Shown here piece by piece: positions 27,381 through 32,000 of a stretch of 32,000 nucleotides of DNA. The translations under genes and the position numbers were made by a program. How positions within the stretch are numbered: the first letter of the stretch is position 1; every line of letters begins with the position of its first letter. The stretch covers positions 8,742 through 40,741 of the forward strand of contig CAZPUN010000062.1 in assembly GCA_964589775.1 (NCBI GenBank), read 5' to 3'. This DNA comes from an uncultured archaeon (GTDB lineage: Archaea > Asgardarchaeota > Thorarchaeia > Thorarchaeales > CAZPUN01). Under the pieces are notes generated by a model. That model saw only the letters and a list, made by a program, of their open reading frames with translations, searched no databases and had not been told where the DNA came from.

Positions 27381-27749
27381 TTAATATTGATCTCGTAATA
27401 ATCGCAATGCTGAACTTTCAAGGTTTCCTGCAGCAATTGAGTTAAGATACCCTGCTAGGTCTGTTGATACATCTTTATCAATTCTTATTATTTTTGACTG
27501 ATCTCCCAATGCCCATAGTCCGAAAATTCTACGTCTATCTTCAAATGTAATTTCAAGCATTCCGAAAATACCGTTGCTATTCCACCAGTTTATTACATGT
27601 GTTATTTTAAAGCCAGCTTGCTCAAGATGGTTTTTCCAGCTTTTTTCAAGTGCAGAGGGCCCTTCAAAAGTGCGAAATATAACTAGTACATTACCATTGC
27701 TTGATTTTATGCTTTCGATTATTTTATTCCATTCCATTTCGGCGAACAA
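27381..27749 (-). CDS. Hypothetical protein (122 aa)
   Basis: GAGGT RBS upstream of TTG; globular composition. Confidence 0.7.
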   Translation of the reverse strand: MFAEMEWNKIIESIKSSNGNVLVIFRTFEGPSALEKSWKNHLEQAGFKITHVINWWNSNGIFGMLEITFEDRRRIFGLWALGDQSKIIRIDKDVSTDLAGYLNSIAAGNLESSALRLLRDQY

Positions 27750-27948
27750 ATATTTTACCTCCTATTGGAGTAGGTCCTATTTTTATTTATTAATCCTTTC
27801 ATATAGTTCAAATTTAGTCGGCTTTTGATTTTGTTCAAAAAATGCGATTATTTTTATGGTTTGTTTGTTTAAATTATTATGTCACGTAAAAAATGCTAAA
27901 TCTTAAGATTCAAAAGCAAATCATTTCAGTTCTATTTGAGGAATTGCT

Positions 27949-29085
27949 ATGAACAACGATGATAAGAGCCATTTTCTTACATTTAAGATAAATCCTTCAC
28001 AATCTGTCTCATTGGATGAAACAGACCCTGGTAAACTCATGGATGCAGCTCATGATCTAATAAGCGTTGGGCAATATGAAAAGGCGAGCAAGTATATTGA
28101 ACGAGTTCTATCCTTGCATCCTGACTATCTTGAAGCTCTATATGCAAAAGGCTTGATTCTTTATTATACTGATATGTTTGATGATGCTATCAAAATTTTA
28201 TCATCTGTAATCGAATCTGCTCCTGATTTTGATCCGGCGTGGGAAGCACTTGGTGGTTGCTATCTTCATTTAGGCCTTTTAGAGCAGGCAATTGAGCATT
28301 TCAAAAAGGCTTATGAATTGGACCCGAATGAGACTCAATACTTGCTTGATATTGCAATTACATATTCTGAAATGAGTGAATGGAATAAGGCTATAGAGTA
28401 TCTTAATGAACTTATAGCGAAAGAACCGCAAATGCCCGAGGCTTATTATAATCTTGGAACAATCTATCTTCAGATTGGAAAAGTGAAAGAGGCACTTGAA
28501 AAATTATATCTTGCAATTGAATTAGACCCCGATTATGCAGAGGCGTTCAATAATATTGGTTCATGTTATGAACATCTTGGAGACTTGGAAAACGCTGAGA
28601 GATTTTACAGAATTGCCATTGAAAAAGAACCACACGATAGCCAAATGCATTCTAATCTCGCACTAGTTTTACTACAAAAAGACCAGACCCGAGAAGCTCT
28701 AAAATATGCAGAGAAAGCAATTGAACTGGATGATGAAAATGTTGATGCTGTATTTGCAAAGGCGATGTGCCTCATGAATTTGGAAAAAACCGAAGAAGGC
28801 GTAAAATATTTCGAGCGTGCTGCAGAGTTAAATCCCGATGATTCATATATTTGGAATAATCTCGGAACTGGATATTTTGAACTCGGAAATTATGATAAAG
28901 CGCTTAAAGCATTTGAAAAAGCTCTTGAATTGGAACCTGAATCCGCTTGGGCATTTAGTAATCTTGGCGAAACCTATGAAGCTCTTGGTGAGAAAGCCAA
29001 AGCTATAGAATACTTCAAGAAGGCATTAAAATTAAATCCAAATCTACAAATTGCAAAAGATCATTTGAAGGACTTAGAAAGCTAA
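27949..29085 (+). CDS. Stand-alone TPR-repeat protein (~10 repeats)
   Basis: Canonical repeats such as AYYNLGTIYLQIGKVKEALEKLYLAIELDP and IWNNLGTGYFELGNYDKALKAFEKALELEP. GAGG RBS. Confidence 0.93.
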   Translation: MNNDDKSHFLTFKINPSQSVSLDETDPGKLMDAAHDLISVGQYEKASKYIERVLSLHPDYLEALYAKGLILYYTDMFDDAIKILSSVIESAPDFDPAWEALGGCYLHLGLLEQAIEHFKKAYELDPNETQYLLDIAITYSEMSEWNKAIEYLNELIAKEPQMPEAYYNLGTIYLQIGKVKEALEKLYLAIELDPDYAEAFNNIGSCYEHLGDLENAERFYRIAIEKEPHDSQMHSNLALVLLQKDQTREALKYAEKAIELDDENVDAVFAKAMCLMNLEKTEEGVKYFERAAELNPDDSYIWNNLGTGYFELGNYDKALKAFEKALELEPESAWAFSNLGETYEALGEKAKAIEYFKKALKLNPNLQIAKDHLKDLES

Positions 29086-29097
29086 GTCCTCAACCTT

Positions 29098-29379
29098 TTA
29101 TGATGCTATTGCACGTGGTTTTACGCTTATTTCCCAGAATCCCTTGTTCTTTAGATCGGGTTTTACATTTACAATTAGTGGTTTTCCCTCGGTGACAATT
29201 TTACTTATCGCTTTGGGATCTTCGTCTGTATATATTTTTAATTCCACATTGTCCCCCGGTCTAAGACCATCTACCCACATCATTAGAACGCCTAATCTTC
29301 GCCAGGGATCTATCATTCGTGCATTTATTTTGTACACCTTATTTTTGATTCGATTGTTATAGGGTCGAAATTCTTGCAT
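29098..29379 (-). CDS. Small SirA/TusA-fold-like (DUF2249-like) protein
   Basis: INARMIDPWRR..DGLRPGD..TDEDP..WEISV resembles the DUF2249 pattern. No Cys. GGGAGAG RBS. Confidence 0.55.
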   Translation of the reverse strand: MQEFRPYNNRIKNKVYKINARMIDPWRRLGVLMMWVDGLRPGDNVELKIYTDEDPKAISKIVTEGKPLIVNVKPDLKNKGFWEISVKPRAIAS

Positions 29380-29604
29380 TGCATTTCTCTCCCAAATATA
29401 TGATTTAGTTGACCTTGCTATTAAATATTGATATTATTTGGGGCACATTGAATTTTGGAAAGTATCCTTCTTTAAAGCATATCGATTTGGGCTCATAGCA
29501 AAATAAGACATCTTTTTACTTGTTATGGCGTGCATTTAATGAATTATTTTTTCCATTATTGCTTAGTGTTTGTGCGCCAAATTAAAAAAGAAAATAAATA
29601 AAAT

Positions 29605-30477
29605 CTAAATATTTGTTTTTTTGATTATTAATGGCATGATTATTGATGCAATTATTGCAACGATAAAGTATCTTAGAAAATACAACAGAATATCTGTTTC
29701 TGGCATAAATTTAGATAACGCAATCATAGGTGTCAATGCCAATATGTAACCTATTAATAATCGTATAATCTTTTTTCTGTTATCTTGTGTGATTTGAAAA
29801 TTAATGTACCGTTCTTCTATGCGTATGCCTAATGAAAGACCAAATAGCATTCCTATGATGCCTACGACGGTTCCATGACTTGTATCTGGGAATAGCGATA
29901 TCCAGATAACTAATACAATTAGTGAAAGAATTGGCATTATAAAATCTCTCGGTTTTTCAGGTAGTAGTGCTTTAATCTGTTCGGTTCGAGGATCAAGCCA
30001 AGTAACAAAAACCAAAAATACTAGTCCGATAAGCAGCCCTCCTAGGACATCACCTGGATAGTGTACTCCCAAGTAAATTCGGCTTATGCTGATTAATGAG
30101 ATTAATGTTAGTGAAATGATGTACATTACGTTTGTTTTGATTTTATATGCGACATATCCCCATAAGCTAATGGAGTTCATAGCATGTCCACTTGGAAATC
30201 CATAGGACGTATAATCCTGCCCTATAAGCCTTACACTTGTGGGTGGGCGTTCCATTTTAAAGCTCATTTTGAAAAAGCCATTTAGGATTGCGCTTCCAAT
30301 AAGAACGTATGCCATTCGAATACCAAAGTCTTTATTCCAGCCCCAATAAATTCCTAATATTAGTGCCGCAAGAAAGATTTGATCGCCCATTTCCGTAATT
30401 CCTATGAAAATCGGAGCTACTGCTGTTCCGAGAAGCGTTTGAAGGAATTGTATTAGTGAAGTATCAAATAAGAACAT
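29605..30477 (-). CDS. PAP2-family membrane lipid phosphatase
   Basis: C1 KMSFKMERP, C2 PSGH, C3 SRIYLGVHYPGD; multiple TM segments. Confidence 0.93.
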   Translation of the reverse strand: MFLFDTSLIQFLQTLLGTAVAPIFIGITEMGDQIFLAALILGIYWGWNKDFGIRMAYVLIGSAILNGFFKMSFKMERPPTSVRLIGQDYTSYGFPSGHAMNSISLWGYVAYKIKTNVMYIISLTLISLISISRIYLGVHYPGDVLGGLLIGLVFLVFVTWLDPRTEQIKALLPEKPRDFIMPILSLIVLVIWISLFPDTSHGTVVGIIGMLFGLSLGIRIEERYINFQITQDNRKKIIRLLIGYILALTPMIALSKFMPETDILLYFLRYFIVAIIASIIMPLIIKKTNI

Positions 30478-30553
30478 TTCATAATCGCCTCGTGTATTCT
30501 ATTTTCTCTCCTAAAGTATAATGATAAAGGAATTGAAATATGTTTTTATAATA

Positions 30554-32000
30554 TTATTTCAGTATTTTGGACAAAAACCGTCCCGTATATGATTTTGTAT
30601 TCTTTGCGATTTCTTCTGGTGTTCCAGTTGCAACAATATAGCCTCCTTTATCTCCACCCTCTGGGCCTAAGTCTATGATATAATCTGCACTTTTAATTAT
30701 ATCCAAATTATGTTCTATGACAATGACTGTATTTCCTTTTTCTACAAGTCTATTTAAAACATCAACAAGTCGATGTACATCAGACATGCTAAGTCCTGTA
30801 GTCGGTTCGTCTAATATGTAGAGCGTATCTCCATTTCCAATTTTATTTAATTCTTTTGCTAGTTTAATGCGTTGAGCTTCTCCACCGCTTAGCGTAGGTG
30901 ATTGCTGGCCCAATGTTATATATCCTAATCCGACATCGATTAACGTTTTTAATTTTCTCTCGATTTGTGGAATATCATTAAAGAATTCGTATGCTTCATC
31001 TACAGTCATATCCAAAACTTCAGCGATATTCTTCCCTTTATATTTCACAGTTAGGGTTTCTCTTTCGAAGCGTTTTCCTTTACAGACATCACATGTAATA
31101 TACACATCTGAAAGAAAATGCATCTCGATTTTGATTATACCTTGTCCTTGGCAAGCCTCACATCTTCCACCTTTTACATTGAATGAGAATCTTCCCGGCT
31201 TGAATCCGCGAGATTTAGCTTCTGGTAATTTTGCAAATAGTTTCCGTATATCATCAAAAACGCCTGTGTATGTTGCAGGATTTGATCTTTCATTTCTTCC
31301 AATTGGGCTTTGATCTACTACAACTAGTCGTTTTATGTGTTCTAATCCTTTTATTTCGTCAAATTTTTCAGGTTGCTCTGGAGAATCATATAAAATCTTG
31401 GAGATTCCCCTTGCAAGAGTATAATTTATCAATGTGCTTTTACCAGAACCACTTACTCCTGTAATACAGATAAATTTACCTAATGGAAATCGTACATGTA
31501 AGTTTTTTAGATTGTGACCTCTTGCACCGATTACTTCAATGTATTTGCCATTCCCGGTTCTTCGCTTTTCGGGAATTGGAATTTTCAACTCTCCAGATAG
31601 ATATTTGCCTGTTATCGATCTTTGGTTAGATATAATATCTTCAAAAGATCCATGCGCTACGACTTCTCCGCCGAGTCTTCCTGCTCCCGGTCCTAAATCT
31701 ATAATGTAGTCTGCTGAACGAATTGTTTCCGGGTCGTGTTCAACAACCAGTACCGTATTATCATTATCTCTCAGATGCTTTAGAGTGTTGATTAATCGTG
31801 TAATATCTCGAGGATGTAATCCAATGGATGGCTCGTCAAGAACATATAATACTGAAGAAAGTGCTGTACCTATCTGAGTTGCAAGCCTAACGCGTTGGGC
31901 TTCTCCACCACTTAAGGTTGCAGTTTCTCGGTCAAGTGTAATATAATCAAGGCCTACACTAATTAAGAACTTGAGACGATTTCTTATTTCTTTTAGAATC
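30554..32000 (-). CDS. uvrA: Excinuclease ABC subunit A, 3' part (5' end beyond the window)
   Basis: GVSGSGKST, Zn finger [28 protein letters not shown]. The frame continues past the track's 31588 start ([16 protein letters not shown] near 31870-31915). Confidence 0.97.
   Translation of the reverse strand, partial: ILKEIRNRLKFLISVGLDYITLDRETATLSGGEAQRVRLATQIGTALSSVLYVLDEPSIGLHPRDITRLINTLKHLRDNDNTVLVVEHDPETIRSADYIIDLGPGAGRLGGEVVAHGSFEDIISNQRSITGKYLSGELKIPIPEKRRTGNGKYIEVIGARGHNLKNLHVRFPLGKFICITGVSGSGKSTLINYTLARGISKILYDSPEQPEKFDEIKGLEHIKRLVVVDQSPIGRNERSNPATYTGVFDDIRKLFAKLPEAKSRGFKPGRFSFNVKGGRCEACQGQGIIKIEMHFLSDVYITCDVCKGKRFERETLTVKYKGKNIAEVLDMTVDEAYEFFNDIPQIERKLKTLIDVGLGYITLGQQSPTLSGGEAQRIKLAKELNKIGNGDTLYILDEPTTGLSMSDVHRLVDVLNRLVEKGNTVIVIEHNLDIIKSADYIIDLGPEGGDKGGYIVATGTPEEIAKNTKSYTGRFLSKILK

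Noticed and set aside
30554-31588. Short stand-alone 344-aa UvrA
   Set aside because: Window-edge artefact; the frame continues upstream with further UvrA motifs.
1-32000. CRISPR array, transposase/integrase, Sec/Pyl readthrough
   Set aside because: No regularly spaced repeats, mobile-element genes or interrupted conserved ORFs were seen by eye.

Overview
AT-rich archaeal chromosomal segment. Archaeal origin is supported by GGTGA/GAGGTGA ribosome-binding sites, BRE+TATA-like promoters, T-run terminators and an archaeal-type MetRS. An Asgard-like lineage is inferred from the gene repertoire, not proven. Left to right: a five-gene minus-strand MacB/FtsX-type ABC operon (anchored Asp-box surface protein, two permeases, two ATPases); a plus-strand cluster (hypothetical protein, 2-TM small protein, a ~200-nt structured non-coding leader, a ~6-TM protein, a HerA/VirB4-like ATPase with a charged single alpha-helix); HAD phosphatase; metG; sdaAB-sdaAA; PRMT-like methyltransferase; TPR-Zn-ribbon protein; Nudix hydrolase; Atg22/UMF1-type MFS; a coupled three-gene operon of unknowns; a decayed copy of the neighbouring double-wHTH regulator; glmS; membrane and TPR proteins; a DUF2249-like protein; PAP2 phosphatase; and the 3' part of uvrA. 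No tRNA, rRNA, CRISPR array or transposase was seen. The best novelty candidates are the riboswitch-like RNA at 9265-9463, the Ced-like gene arrangement around it, and the SNAP-like/mu-homology-like three-gene operon.
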